NCBI GenBank assembly: GCA_016198185.1 | Contig: JACQJD010000093.1 | Location: 1-60,144 of the forward strand | DNA from: Deltaproteobacteria bacterium | GTDB lineage: Bacteria > Bdellovibrionota > JACOXK01 > 2-02-FULL-40-11 | DNA: 60,144 nt | Direction of reading: 5' to 3' | Part shown: positions 17,739 through 26,593 of the stretch, piece after piece | Layout of the letters: each line of letters opens with the position of its first letter | Numbering within the stretch: the stretch's first letter is position 1 | Made by a program: the position numbers and the translations under genes | Notes under the pieces: generated by a model | What the model was told of the DNA's origin: nothing | Databases searched by the model: none | Seen by the model: the letters and a program-made list of their open reading frames with translations, nothing else

Positions 17739-18149
17739 ATGGCATTTGAATCTCAACACAATCATAACCGCATGATGTCTGAAATTAATGTGACCCCTTT
17801 GGTGGATGTGATGTTGGTTTTACTCATTATTTTTATGGTCACAACACCGCTTATGGAACAAGGGATTCCCATTGATTTACCCCAAACCAAAACGACGGCG
17901 ATCGATCCTTCTGAAAAACAAATGGTCTTGGTCATTACGAAGAATCGGGATTTGTTTTTAGGAGAAGAAAAAATTAAATTTGATCAGTTAGAAAAAAAAT
18001 TGGCGATCGCTCTTGCCAAAACAAATCGAAGGGAAGTGTTTGTCCGGGCCGATAAATCAGTTACCTATGGATTGGTTGCGGAGGTTATGGCGCGGATCAA
18101 AAGTGCAGGCATTACACGGCTGGGTTTGGTCACAGAACCTTTAAAATAG
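17739..18149 (+). CDS. tolR: TolR (ExbD/TolR family)
   Basis: INVTPLVDVMLVLLIIFM motif. Position after tolQ. Confidence 0.85.
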   Translation: MAFESQHNHNRMMSEINVTPLVDVMLVLLIIFMVTTPLMEQGIPIDLPQTKTTAIDPSEKQMVLVITKNRDLFLGEEKIKFDQLEKKLAIALAKTNRREVFVRADKSVTYGLVAEVMARIKSAGITRLGLVTEPLK

Positions 18150-18158
18150 GAATTCAAA

Positions 18159-18923
18159 ATGGAATCGAATGTGCATCGGCAGAATGTGGCAGAAGTGTAT
18201 TTTAGAAAGGCCCTGTTTTATTCTTTGGGCTTACATATTGGAATGGTCGTTCTGGCTGGGGTGGCCCCCTATTTACCTTGGCTCAAAGCCAATCAAAGTG
18301 CCATGTCTTATATGACGACCCTGCGTGTGGATATTGTGGATTTACCAAGAGAAGTGATTCATAAAGTAGATACGCAATTGGCTCAAACCCGAACGGAGCT
18401 TCAAAAAGTTCAGAAAAAAATAGATCAGGCGTATGAAGACCCAACGGCCTTAAAATTTAAAACGAAAGAGGCCATTAAACAAATCAAAGCCACACAAGCT
18501 GCCATAGATCGTGTCAAAGCCTTACAGGCGTTGGAACAGCAACAATTGAAAAGCAAAATCGACACCTTGAAACGAGGGAACATTAAAACACCCGGAACTT
18601 CTTTCCCTTCGACACAGGACAGCGGAGAGTTGATGCATGCCTATCAAAGTGAAATTGAAGAAAAAATTAAATTGCGGTGGGCACTGCCTTTTTATTTGAG
18701 AAATCAAAAAACATTATCAGGGAGTTTGGTGTTGTATTTAGATGCCGATGGAACCATTTTGAGACGAAAACCGGTTCCAAGTGGAAATATCGATTTTGAT
18801 CAATACATGAATAAAGCGGTGGATGAAGCGTTGCCATTTTCGCCGGTTCCATCGGAAATCCAGAGAGACTTACGATACGATGGGATTAAACTCGATTTTT
18901 TAGCAAGGGAGTTACAATCATGA
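18159..18923 (+). CDS. TolA-like / TonB C-terminal-domain protein
   Basis: N-terminal TM segment, Lys/Gln/Ala-rich helical spacer, C-terminal TonB_C-like region. Sits between tolR and tolB. Confidence 0.6.
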   Translation: MESNVHRQNVAEVYFRKALFYSLGLHIGMVVLAGVAPYLPWLKANQSAMSYMTTLRVDIVDLPREVIHKVDTQLAQTRTELQKVQKKIDQAYEDPTALKFKTKEAIKQIKATQAAIDRVKALQALEQQQLKSKIDTLKRGNIKTPGTSFPSTQDSGELMHAYQSEIEEKIKLRWALPFYLRNQKTLSGSLVLYLDADGTILRRKPVPSGNIDFDQYMNKAVDEALPFSPVPSEIQRDLRYDGIKLDFLARELQS

Positions 18924-20254
18924 AGCAGGTTTTTAAATGGAAAAATGGTTTGTGTCTTATTTTTTTTCTGGTGATCGTTGGTTCTCTGAAGCTGGGAACA
19001 ACCAAGCAATTATATATTGTCATTGATAACGCCAAATTACGAAAATCCATTCTTTCTTTTCAGCCCTTACAAAACATAGGATCGAGTGCTTTTGGGGCAT
19101 CCGTTGCTCGCCAAATTTATGCCTGGGGCATGGAAGATTTAAAATTTACAAATTATTTTGATTTTGTTGTCCCGGAAAATTTTGAAAACAAAGGGTATGA
19201 AATTTATCAGATCCCTTTTAACGAATGGGCATCCTTGGGGACGGAGTTTTTAATTCAAGGGGGCTATAAACTTGATCGAGAAAATCTAACGGTCGATATT
19301 CGTCTTTACGATATTAAATCCGCCAAGCTCATTTTAGGGAAAACATATTTGGCCAAGGAAAAAGATGCCGAAGTGGTAGCACACCGCTTTGCCAACGATG
19401 TGATTGAAACGCTTACAGGGCAGAAAGGGATTTTTCAAAGCAAAATCGTATTTGTGTCAGATAAAACACGGTTTTCTGAGCTCTATATTATGGATTTTAA
19501 TGGGAAAAATGTAAAACAGCTCACCTATCATCGTTCTCAAGTGATGGCGCCTTCTTGGTCTTCAGATGGACGATGGCTTGCGTATTCTCGGTATACAACC
19601 AATTCTGAAAACATTCGGAATCTAGATCTTTTTATTTTAGAGCTTGCAACGGGGAAAGAAAGACTTGTTTCAAGTCGTCCGGGGTTAAATTCGGGGGCAG
19701 TGTGGGCTCCTGATGGTAAGTCATTGATTTGTTTTTTGACCTTTGAGGGGAATGCAGAATTGTACCAGTTGGATTTATCTGGAAATATCATTCGGCGTCT
19801 TACGTTTCATGATTCCGTGGATGTTGAACCCAGTTTTTCGCCAGATGGAAAGAGGGTTGTTTTTTCATCCTCAAGAAAACCCGCTGCGCATCTCTATCTT
19901 TTAGAAGATTTATCAAAAAGAGAAGTAACGACGTTAACATTTGCAGGGCAACATAACTCAACGCCTGCCTGGTCGCCCAAAGGAGATCGTATTGCTTTTG
20001 CCCATCGGTTTAATTCTCAATTTGATTTATTTTTAATAAACCCCAATGGATTGGGGCTCGTAAGACTTACGCAATCTACATATAGAAAAAATAATGAACA
20101 ACCCAGTTGGTCTCCTGACGGCCGGCACATTGTTTTTGCAAGCAATCGATCTGGGAAATATGGTCTTTATCGTATTGATCCCGACGGTAATGAGGAAGTT
20201 TCTTTGCTTTTAAACTTTGGAAATTGTCATTACCCCGCTTGGTCTCCATTCTAA
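18920..20254 (+). CDS. tolB: TolB (beta-propeller periplasmic protein)
   Basis: Repeated P.WSPDG motifs (APSWSSDG, EPSFSPDG, TPAWSPKG, QPSWSPDG, YPAWSP). Confidence 0.85.
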   Translation: MKQVFKWKNGLCLIFFLVIVGSLKLGTTKQLYIVIDNAKLRKSILSFQPLQNIGSSAFGASVARQIYAWGMEDLKFTNYFDFVVPENFENKGYEIYQIPFNEWASLGTEFLIQGGYKLDRENLTVDIRLYDIKSAKLILGKTYLAKEKDAEVVAHRFANDVIETLTGQKGIFQSKIVFVSDKTRFSELYIMDFNGKNVKQLTYHRSQVMAPSWSSDGRWLAYSRYTTNSENIRNLDLFILELATGKERLVSSRPGLNSGAVWAPDGKSLICFLTFEGNAELYQLDLSGNIIRRLTFHDSVDVEPSFSPDGKRVVFSSSRKPAAHLYLLEDLSKREVTTLTFAGQHNSTPAWSPKGDRIAFAHRFNSQFDLFLINPNGLGLVRLTQSTYRKNNEQPSWSPDGRHIVFASNRSGKYGLYRIDPDGNEEVSLLLNFGNCHYPAWSPF

Positions 20255-20264
20255 ATTTAAAAAA

Positions 20265-20291
20265 AGTTATCCACAGTTCCTGTGGATAACT
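20265..20291. terminator. Bidirectional terminator-like hairpin built from two inverted perfect DnaA boxes
   Basis: agTTATCCACAg-ttc-cTGTGGATAAct forms a 12-bp stem. It is flanked by an A-run on the plus strand (a T-run on the minus strand) and lies between convergent genes. Confidence 0.5.
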
Positions 20292-20359
20292 GGCATATTT
20301 TCTAAAAAAAAAATCCTAAAACCGTGATTGGAAAACAACTTTAGCGAATTGACTCATTT

Positions 20360-20917
20360 TTAGACAATCATGATCTTCTTTTCTTTTTCGTCAATGAAGG
20401 CATGAAGTTTTGATAAGGCTTCTCCATTGGTGACCCATGGCAAAATATCGGAAAGGGTTTTAATTTCCTTTTTGGTTTCATTTTGAAGATAGAGAAGGGT
20501 TTGATTAAATTCGTCTTTCATTTCTTGAAATTCGTCTCCTTTTCGAAGATGCATGGGGGTTTGCCACTTTCCCTTTTGAATTTCTTGGAGTTTTCGTTTT
20601 AAGACAAAAATGGGACCTGCCATTTTATGGGTGATGATGATGCCGAGCAATGTTAAAAATAGAATCAGCATGCCTAAAATCATGACCAGGGTATAACTTA
20701 AGAAGTTTTTCCAATAATGAATGAGTGCTTGAACTTTTGGATGGGAAGCCATGCCAGCTTGAATCAATACGTCATAGCTTTCTTTGAGAGAGTATAAAAA
20801 AATACCCCCAATGATGAGTGCGACCAGAATGGCAGATGAAGCCAGCAAAAAGGCATAACGAAGTTGAAAGTCTTTATGGATCAAATACTGTGTGCGAAAA
20901 ATGAATTTTTTTTGCAC
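20360..20917 (-). CDS. Membrane protein with a HAMP-like linker
   Basis: Two TM segments followed by an amphipathic HAMP-like segment (AGPIFVLKRKLQEI...GDEFQEMKDEFNQ). Confidence 0.5.
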   Translation of the reverse strand: MQKKFIFRTQYLIHKDFQLRYAFLLASSAILVALIIGGIFLYSLKESYDVLIQAGMASHPKVQALIHYWKNFLSYTLVMILGMLILFLTLLGIIITHKMAGPIFVLKRKLQEIQKGKWQTPMHLRKGDEFQEMKDEFNQTLLYLQNETKKEIKTLSDILPWVTNGEALSKLHAFIDEKEKKIMIV

Positions 20918-20953
20918 AACAGAAAGTGTAGCAAGGAAGCTTCAAAAATAAAA

Positions 20954-22192
20954 CTAGATTTTTTTGTCGATTTCGTAACCTAACGCCAAGCTTCCCAAAC
21001 GACTGACATTTTGATACAGCAAGCCGTGGGATTCCGCTTTCTTCTTAAAGCGAATGGTCTTGCCATTTCCACTAAATTGAATGGCGGCAAACAAATCAGA
21101 ACGTGCTTTTTTGACATTTTTTTCTGAAATTTGGGCGTAATTTCTTAAATAACCTCCCAAAATTTCATTTCCGATGAGATAAACAACGATTTCTCCAACC
21201 GCGTGATCGAATAAAGGTCGAGTCGGAATTTCTTCTTGGATAATGACATCACTGATGACGGTAGCGCTTTTTGTCTGGGTTTTTTTCTTTTTCTTTTCTA
21301 AATAAAGTCGATTTAAATCTTTGGAAGATTTAATGAGGAGTCTTCCCATTCCAAATGTGCCTAAATTATTTCTGATTTGAAGCATGGGCAAACGATTGAG
21401 GTGATATTTTTGATATTTTTCAGATAGGGCGACCAGTAATTCTTGAGAAGTTTTGGCCACTTTTTCAATGCCACTTTTTTCTTCAAAGTTAACGTGGGTC
21501 TCAACGGCAAATGGGGTGGAAATGAGCCAAGGATCCATCCCCAATTTATCTGCTAAATCCGTAGCCAGGGTGTTGTAGAGGTGTAATGAGTCACTCACTT
21601 TTGTAGAAACATAATGAAGTGCACGTCGATGCGGGATGACAGGTTGAGCAATGGGAAGCAATTTTGTTAAATCTTCTCGCGAAAATTGATCAATGACCAA
21701 TATAAATTCTGGATCAAATCCTTGGGATACCAACCGATTGTTTTCCACATGGCTTGGAGCAATGGAAATGGATTTATGGGCTGACGTTTGAACCTCAACA
21801 GGTTTTGAAAGGGGTTCTAAGGTGGCAACTTTGACCGTGAGGCCACTTTTCTTGAGAAGCTTACATAACGTATCGAGGTGGTCATAAAAAAATGGGTTTG
21901 GATGTCGCGTAGAAACCAACAGGAGAATTTTTTTTAGTTTTCCAAGGTCTTCATGAAAGCGTTTAAAATATTTTTTAATCAGTCCAGGCGCTTTTGCAAG
22001 GTCGTTGGGATGGAGGTGGTGGAGTCCAGAAGGAAACAATTGGAAATTGTTGACGGCAACTTTAAAACCACTGTCTTTGATGGTGATCGAAGATAAAAAA
22101 GGAATCGGTACTTTTTTGGAATGAACCTCAAACCATTCGGATATCTCTGACCGCCGTTTTTTAAATGTCATTGTGACTGAATTGTACATCAT
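20954..22192 (-). CDS. Possible glutamate--cysteine ligase (GshA, small ferrooxidans-type family); tentative
   Basis: The N-terminal pattern PFLSS...D.GFK.A..N..LFPSG is recalled from that family. No decisive motif could be checked. Confidence 0.4.
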   Translation of the reverse strand: MMYNSVTMTFKKRRSEISEWFEVHSKKVPIPFLSSITIKDSGFKVAVNNFQLFPSGLHHLHPNDLAKAPGLIKKYFKRFHEDLGKLKKILLLVSTRHPNPFFYDHLDTLCKLLKKSGLTVKVATLEPLSKPVEVQTSAHKSISIAPSHVENNRLVSQGFDPEFILVIDQFSREDLTKLLPIAQPVIPHRRALHYVSTKVSDSLHLYNTLATDLADKLGMDPWLISTPFAVETHVNFEEKSGIEKVAKTSQELLVALSEKYQKYHLNRLPMLQIRNNLGTFGMGRLLIKSSKDLNRLYLEKKKKKTQTKSATVISDVIIQEEIPTRPLFDHAVGEIVVYLIGNEILGGYLRNYAQISEKNVKKARSDLFAAIQFSGNGKTIRFKKKAESHGLLYQNVSRLGSLALGYEIDKKI

Positions 22193-22271
22193 TTTCGTTA
22201 TAGAAGGCGCCTAAAATTGACCTTTTTTTAGGCAGGACTATATCAGAGAATTTTAAGAAACACAACCCCGT

Positions 22272-23531
22272 TCATTTTTCATGTTTTGGGGTAGGAGAAT
22301 AGTATTTTTTCCCAATGAGTGGTTGTGGGAAGTGAGTGTGGGTAACCGTACTTTGAGGTTGATCGTGTGCATATTGATATCCCTTGCCGTAGTTTAGGTC
22401 CTTCATGAGTTGCGTTGGGGCATTTCGAAGATGGAGAGGGACCTCTAAATTGCCATACTGTTTGGCATCGGTTTGGGCCAAGAGCATGGCTTTGTAGGAG
22501 GTGTTGCTTTTGGGAGCTGTGGCGAGATACGTGCATGCTTGGGCCAACGGAATTTTGGCTTCGGGCATCCCGACAAAATTCACAGCTTGCATGGTTGCAA
22601 TGGCGAGGCAGAGCGCCTGGGGGTCTGCATTGCCGATATCTTCCGATGAAAAAATAACCATGCGACGGGCAATAAAAAGAGGATCTTCACCGCTTTCCAA
22701 CATACGCATCATCCAATAAAGGGCAGCATTTGGATCCGATCCGCGCATGCTTTTAATGAAGGCGGAAATTAAATTGTAATGTTCTTCGGCGGTTTTATCA
22801 TAATAGAGCATCTTTTTTTGAAAGGCTTGTTCGATGATGGATGAGGTGATTTCAGCCTTTTTTTCTTGGGCACAAATGAATGCTGAAATTTCCAGCGCAT
22901 TTAAAGCAGATCGGGCATCTCCGTTGGCAAGTTCTAACAAAGCTTCTTGAGCTTCTTTTGAAATATGAAGTTTGCTTTTCCCCAGGCCTTTTTCTTCAGA
23001 CAGGGCCCTGGTTACAATTTTGGTGATGTCTTGTTTGGATAAACGCTCTAAGGTTAAAACTTTACAACGTGAAAGAAGCGCAGAAATGACTTCGAAGGAT
23101 GGATTTTCGGTGGTTGCTCCGATGAAGGTGACAACGCCTTTTTCGACATAAGGCAAGAGATAATCCTGCTGAGCTTTGTTAAAACGGTGGATTTCGTCAA
23201 TGAAAAGGATGGTTGTTTTCCCGTACAGTTTTTGTCTATTTTGGGCTTCCTCCATAATGGATTTTAATTCTTTGACATTGGCGGTAACGGCTGAAAGTGC
23301 AATAAACTCCCCTTGAACATGATTGGCCAATAAATGAGCGAGGGTTGTTTTTCCAACTCCAGGAGGGCCCCATAGGATACAGGAAAAAAGTTTTTTTGAT
23401 TTCCATAGATTCTGTATCAATTGCGAAGGGCCTATCAAGTGATGTTGCCCAAAAAATTCGGACAATGTTTGGGGGCGTAATCGATCTGCCAAGGGCGCAG
23501 ATTGATTCATTTTTTGAGAAAATAAATCCAT
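22272..23531 (-). CDS. rarA: Replication-associated recombination protein A (AAA+ ATPase)
   Basis: Walker A GPPGVGKTT, FIDEIHRFNK, and a MgsA C-terminal pattern (ARRM...SEDIG). Confidence 0.9.
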   Translation of the reverse strand: MDLFSQKMNQSAPLADRLRPQTLSEFFGQHHLIGPSQLIQNLWKSKKLFSCILWGPPGVGKTTLAHLLANHVQGEFIALSAVTANVKELKSIMEEAQNRQKLYGKTTILFIDEIHRFNKAQQDYLLPYVEKGVVTFIGATTENPSFEVISALLSRCKVLTLERLSKQDITKIVTRALSEEKGLGKSKLHISKEAQEALLELANGDARSALNALEISAFICAQEKKAEITSSIIEQAFQKKMLYYDKTAEEHYNLISAFIKSMRGSDPNAALYWMMRMLESGEDPLFIARRMVIFSSEDIGNADPQALCLAIATMQAVNFVGMPEAKIPLAQACTYLATAPKSNTSYKAMLLAQTDAKQYGNLEVPLHLRNAPTQLMKDLNYGKGYQYAHDQPQSTVTHTHFPQPLIGKKYYSPTPKHEK

Positions 23532-23558
23532 AGCGGTAGCTGTAGCACTTTTTTAGGA

Positions 23559-23732
23559 TTATTGATACACGCATAAAGAATGTCGCGAGATTTTGAGCCT
23601 ATTTTGAGCCGAGACAAGGAAGACGAGCAAAATGCCCACAGGCGTATCCTTGGTGATACGTCGAGGACATTTTGTGAGTCTGACGCAGTCGTAGGCCAAA
23701 AGATGCGCCATTCTTTATGCGTGTATCAATAA
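23559..23732. repeat. Structured repeat element, copy 2 (174 nt)
   Basis: 28-bp terminal stem pairing 23559-23586 with 23705-23732 (27 pairs, one T/C mismatch). The core at 23582-23698 is the reverse complement of 5365-5481. Lies 27 nt upstream of the rarA start codon. Confidence 0.85.
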
Positions 23733-23842
23733 GAACAGTCCAACGATAAGAGCATTTTGGGGTATGAGATTCACATTGAAAGAGGCCGGTTTTGATTTTT
23801 AAATGACATGAATATGAGATTTATTGAAAATGGCGAAGCTCC

Positions 23843-24661
23843 ATGCTAATTTCATTTTTTATGTCAGTGATTAAAAAAGTAGGCATCCTTCTGAAAGACC
23901 ATTATGCTTTAGCAGAAACATTTTCTGAAAAATTGATTCCTTGGCTTGAAAAAAAAGGATGTGAAGTGGTCACCAAAGATTTTTCTAAAGTCCAACTTGT
24001 CTTAACTTTAGGAGGGGATGGCACGTTTATTCGGGGGGTTCATCTGTTAAAAGGAGCCCCGATCCCCATTTTAGGCATTCGTTTGGGGCATTTGGGTTTT
24101 TTAACGCAAGTTTCTCCAGATGAATTTGAACCGATTCTAAGCCAAATTTTATCGCAAGGTCCTCAAGTTGAAAAAAGGATCAAAGTGAAGGCCAAAGTCC
24201 ATCGTAAGGACCAAGGGGAGTTTAATTTTCATGCCTTAAATGATGTGGTTTTTCATACAAATGGTATTGCTCGGATTGCTTCTTTTAAAATTACACTCAA
24301 TGGTATTTATTTTTCGACCGTTCAGGCAGATGGTGTTTTGATTGCTACGCCGACGGGTTCGACGGCATATTCTTTTGCAGCAGGCGGGCCCATTATTGAA
24401 CCGTCTCATCCTTTGTTTGTGATTACCCCGATTTGTCCTAAAAATAGAACGAATGGCTCCTTGGTTGTTTCGGATCAATCCAAAATCGAGCTCATGTTAG
24501 AAGATGAACGAACCTCCGTTGCTTTGACGATCGATGGACAAGAATTTTTTGAATTGCGAGCGGATGACAAAATTGAAATTCAAAAATCAGAAGAAATGGC
24601 CTATTTTGTGAAGGCCCCTCAAACACATTTCTTTGAAACGGTAAGAAAAAAACTGTTTTAG
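23843..24661 (+). CDS. nadK: NAD kinase
   Basis: GGDGTF motif and ATPTGSTAYSFAAGGPI motif. The start is uncertain (ATG 23843 or 23861). Confidence 0.85.
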   Translation: MLISFFMSVIKKVGILLKDHYALAETFSEKLIPWLEKKGCEVVTKDFSKVQLVLTLGGDGTFIRGVHLLKGAPIPILGIRLGHLGFLTQVSPDEFEPILSQILSQGPQVEKRIKVKAKVHRKDQGEFNFHALNDVVFHTNGIARIASFKITLNGIYFSTVQADGVLIATPTGSTAYSFAAGGPIIEPSHPLFVITPICPKNRTNGSLVVSDQSKIELMLEDERTSVALTIDGQEFFELRADDKIEIQKSEEMAYFVKAPQTHFFETVRKKLF

Positions 24662-24662
24662 T

Positions 24663-24682
24663 AAATTTGAATATTCAAATTT
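24663..24682. promoter_or_regulatory. Perfect 20-bp palindrome AAATTTGAATATTCAAATTT (weak terminator or operator)
   Basis: Read directly. Begins 1 nt after the nadK stop. The half-site TTGAATATT recurs 10 nt downstream. Opens a 236-bp AT-rich spacer. Confidence 0.3.
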
Positions 24683-24806
24683 CGGCCATTTTGAATATTT
24701 CGATTTTTTAAACTTAATTATGATCAAAGTATAGTCATATTTTACTGTGAGTACTCATTGTTTATATTGAGTAACCTAAATTAACATGAACCTTTGCATC
24801 AAAATG

Positions 24807-24836
24807 TTGACTTTCATTTTTTAAAGTCATTATGAT
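24807..24836 (+). promoter_or_regulatory. Candidate sigma-70 promoter for the PP2C phosphatase gene
   Basis: TTGACT, 18 nt spacer, TATGAT. Lies about 60 nt upstream of ATG 24898. Overlaps small palindromes. Confidence 0.3.
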
Positions 24837-24897
24837 AATGAAATATGCCTTACATTATATTGCAATACGATAATAAAAATGAAGGTACCCTAAAATT

Positions 24898-25599
24898 ATG
24901 AAAATCAGTTCTTGTGGTTTAAGCGATATTGGGCGTATCCGACGGGTGAATCAAGATAGTTTCGTGTGTAATGAAAAAGTAAAGTTGTTCATTATTGCCG
25001 ATGGCATGGGAGGTCATCAGGCGGGTGAAGTGGCTTCACGGATGGCGGTTGATACGTTATGTCAATTTTTTGCTCAAAAAACGGTTTCAATTGATCCAGA
25101 AACGTACTTAAAACAGGCTATTTTAAAGGCGAATGAAATTATTTACCATCAAGCTTCTTTGGATGAAAGTTTGAAGGGGATGGGAACGACCCTGACGTGT
25201 CTTTATTTTTTCTTCGATACGGTCTACATTGCGCACGTCGGTGATAGTCGAGCTTATCTTCTCAATAAAAATTATATTTGGCAGCTTTCCATGGACCACT
25301 CATTGCAACAAATTCCCATAACCTCTGGCTTAGCGCCCCTTAAAAACGTTTTGACTCGGTCCGTAGGATACGATGCGCAGGTTGAAGTGGATGTTTATAC
25401 GAAGAAAATTTCATCTGGGGAGTATTACCTTTTGTGTAGCGATGGGTTATATGGAAGCGTTAAACATTCGGAAATGGTTAAAATATTATCTCAGGATGTT
25501 TCGCTGAAAGACGTTTGTCGCAAGCTCATTGATTTAGCAAATTCTCGAGGGGGAGAGGATAATATTACGGTGATGGTGATTCGCATTGATGATGTTTAA
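24898..25599 (+). CDS. PP2C-family Ser/Thr protein phosphatase
   Basis: GLSDIG, ADGMGGH and GGEDNITV motifs. Confidence 0.85.
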   Translation: MKISSCGLSDIGRIRRVNQDSFVCNEKVKLFIIADGMGGHQAGEVASRMAVDTLCQFFAQKTVSIDPETYLKQAILKANEIIYHQASLDESLKGMGTTLTCLYFFFDTVYIAHVGDSRAYLLNKNYIWQLSMDHSLQQIPITSGLAPLKNVLTRSVGYDAQVEVDVYTKKISSGEYYLLCSDGLYGSVKHSEMVKILSQDVSLKDVCRKLIDLANSRGGEDNITVMVIRIDDV

Positions 25600-25611
25600 A
25601 TGTAGCACCGA

Positions 25612-26559
25612 TTGTTATTGGTTTATGCCAGCAACAATATGATTGATCAGGAGATGACAGCTATGATACTTAAAATTTTTATGGCGTATAGAAAACTTTT
25701 AAATCTTTTGGGACGCATTCGCGTGAGTTATGTTACCTTTGCTTTTTTATTGGTCTCATTTTTGGGCGTATCTTTTCAATATGTGAAGCTTTATTATGAT
25801 CTTATGGAAATGAAAACCATCCACCATGAAAGCTTTAGGGTGGTTCAACAAGTCCGGCACTTAAAAAGTCGTCTAGCCCAAGTAGACAAAGCTTTAAATC
25901 GGTTAAATTTGATATCATCTAAACTTCAAGCCATTGCTCAAGTGAAGGAGCGTATCAACGGTCCAAAAGTGGCTCAATTGGGGTTTGAAAATTTGGAAAA
26001 CTTTAAGGTTCAGCAAACCATGGAGACAGGTATTATTCCTCAATCTGAGAAAATAGATTTAGAGAGGGTTCAAGAGCAGCTGAAATTGTTTCAATCTGAA
26101 GTAGATGTTCAGTTGAACCGTTATGAAGATTTAGAAGCTTATTACGATGAAAATAAAACGCTCCTTGCTTCGATTCCTTCGATGATACCAGCCAAAGGGT
26201 ATGTTTCTTCTTTATTTGGGTTTCGAAAGAATCCCAATAATGGACAATGGAAAATGCATGAAGGTGTGGATATTGCTTCCTACTATGGCAATCAAGTGGT
26301 TGCGACTGCAGATGGCTTGGTTGAAGAAGCCGGATTTGGTGGTGGTTATGGGCGATATGTTTTGGTAGACCATGGATTTGGGCTAAAAACACGTTATGCG
26401 CATGCCTCTCAATTATTTGTTAAATCAGGTGATTTTGTAAAACGCGGGCAACGAATTGCCAGTGTCGGTCAGTCTGGTCATGCCAGAGGAACGCATCTTC
26501 ATTATGAAGTGCGGCTGAATGATATTCCGCTAGATCCGAATGATTTCATTTTTAATTGA
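25612..26559 (+). CDS. M23-family metallopeptidase (membrane-anchored, coiled-coil, LytM domain)
   Basis: HEGVDI, GRYVLVDHG and GTHLHYEV motifs. The track start is TTG 25612. ATG 25663, preceded by aggag, is an alternative. Confidence 0.8.
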   Translation: MLLVYASNNMIDQEMTAMILKIFMAYRKLLNLLGRIRVSYVTFAFLLVSFLGVSFQYVKLYYDLMEMKTIHHESFRVVQQVRHLKSRLAQVDKALNRLNLISSKLQAIAQVKERINGPKVAQLGFENLENFKVQQTMETGIIPQSEKIDLERVQEQLKLFQSEVDVQLNRYEDLEAYYDENKTLLASIPSMIPAKGYVSSLFGFRKNPNNGQWKMHEGVDIASYYGNQVVATADGLVEEAGFGGGYGRYVLVDHGFGLKTRYAHASQLFVKSGDFVKRGQRIASVGQSGHARGTHLHYEVRLNDIPLDPNDFIFN

Positions 26560-26593
26560 GAGCACCTAAAGTTCTTTAAGTTCTTTGTAAAGT

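Noticed and set aside
20265-20291. DnaA-box pair considered as the chromosomal replication origin.
   Set aside because: There are only two boxes, no adjacent AT-rich unwinding repeats and no dnaA, dnaN or gidA context. The boxes sit between convergent genes with a terminator-type T-run.
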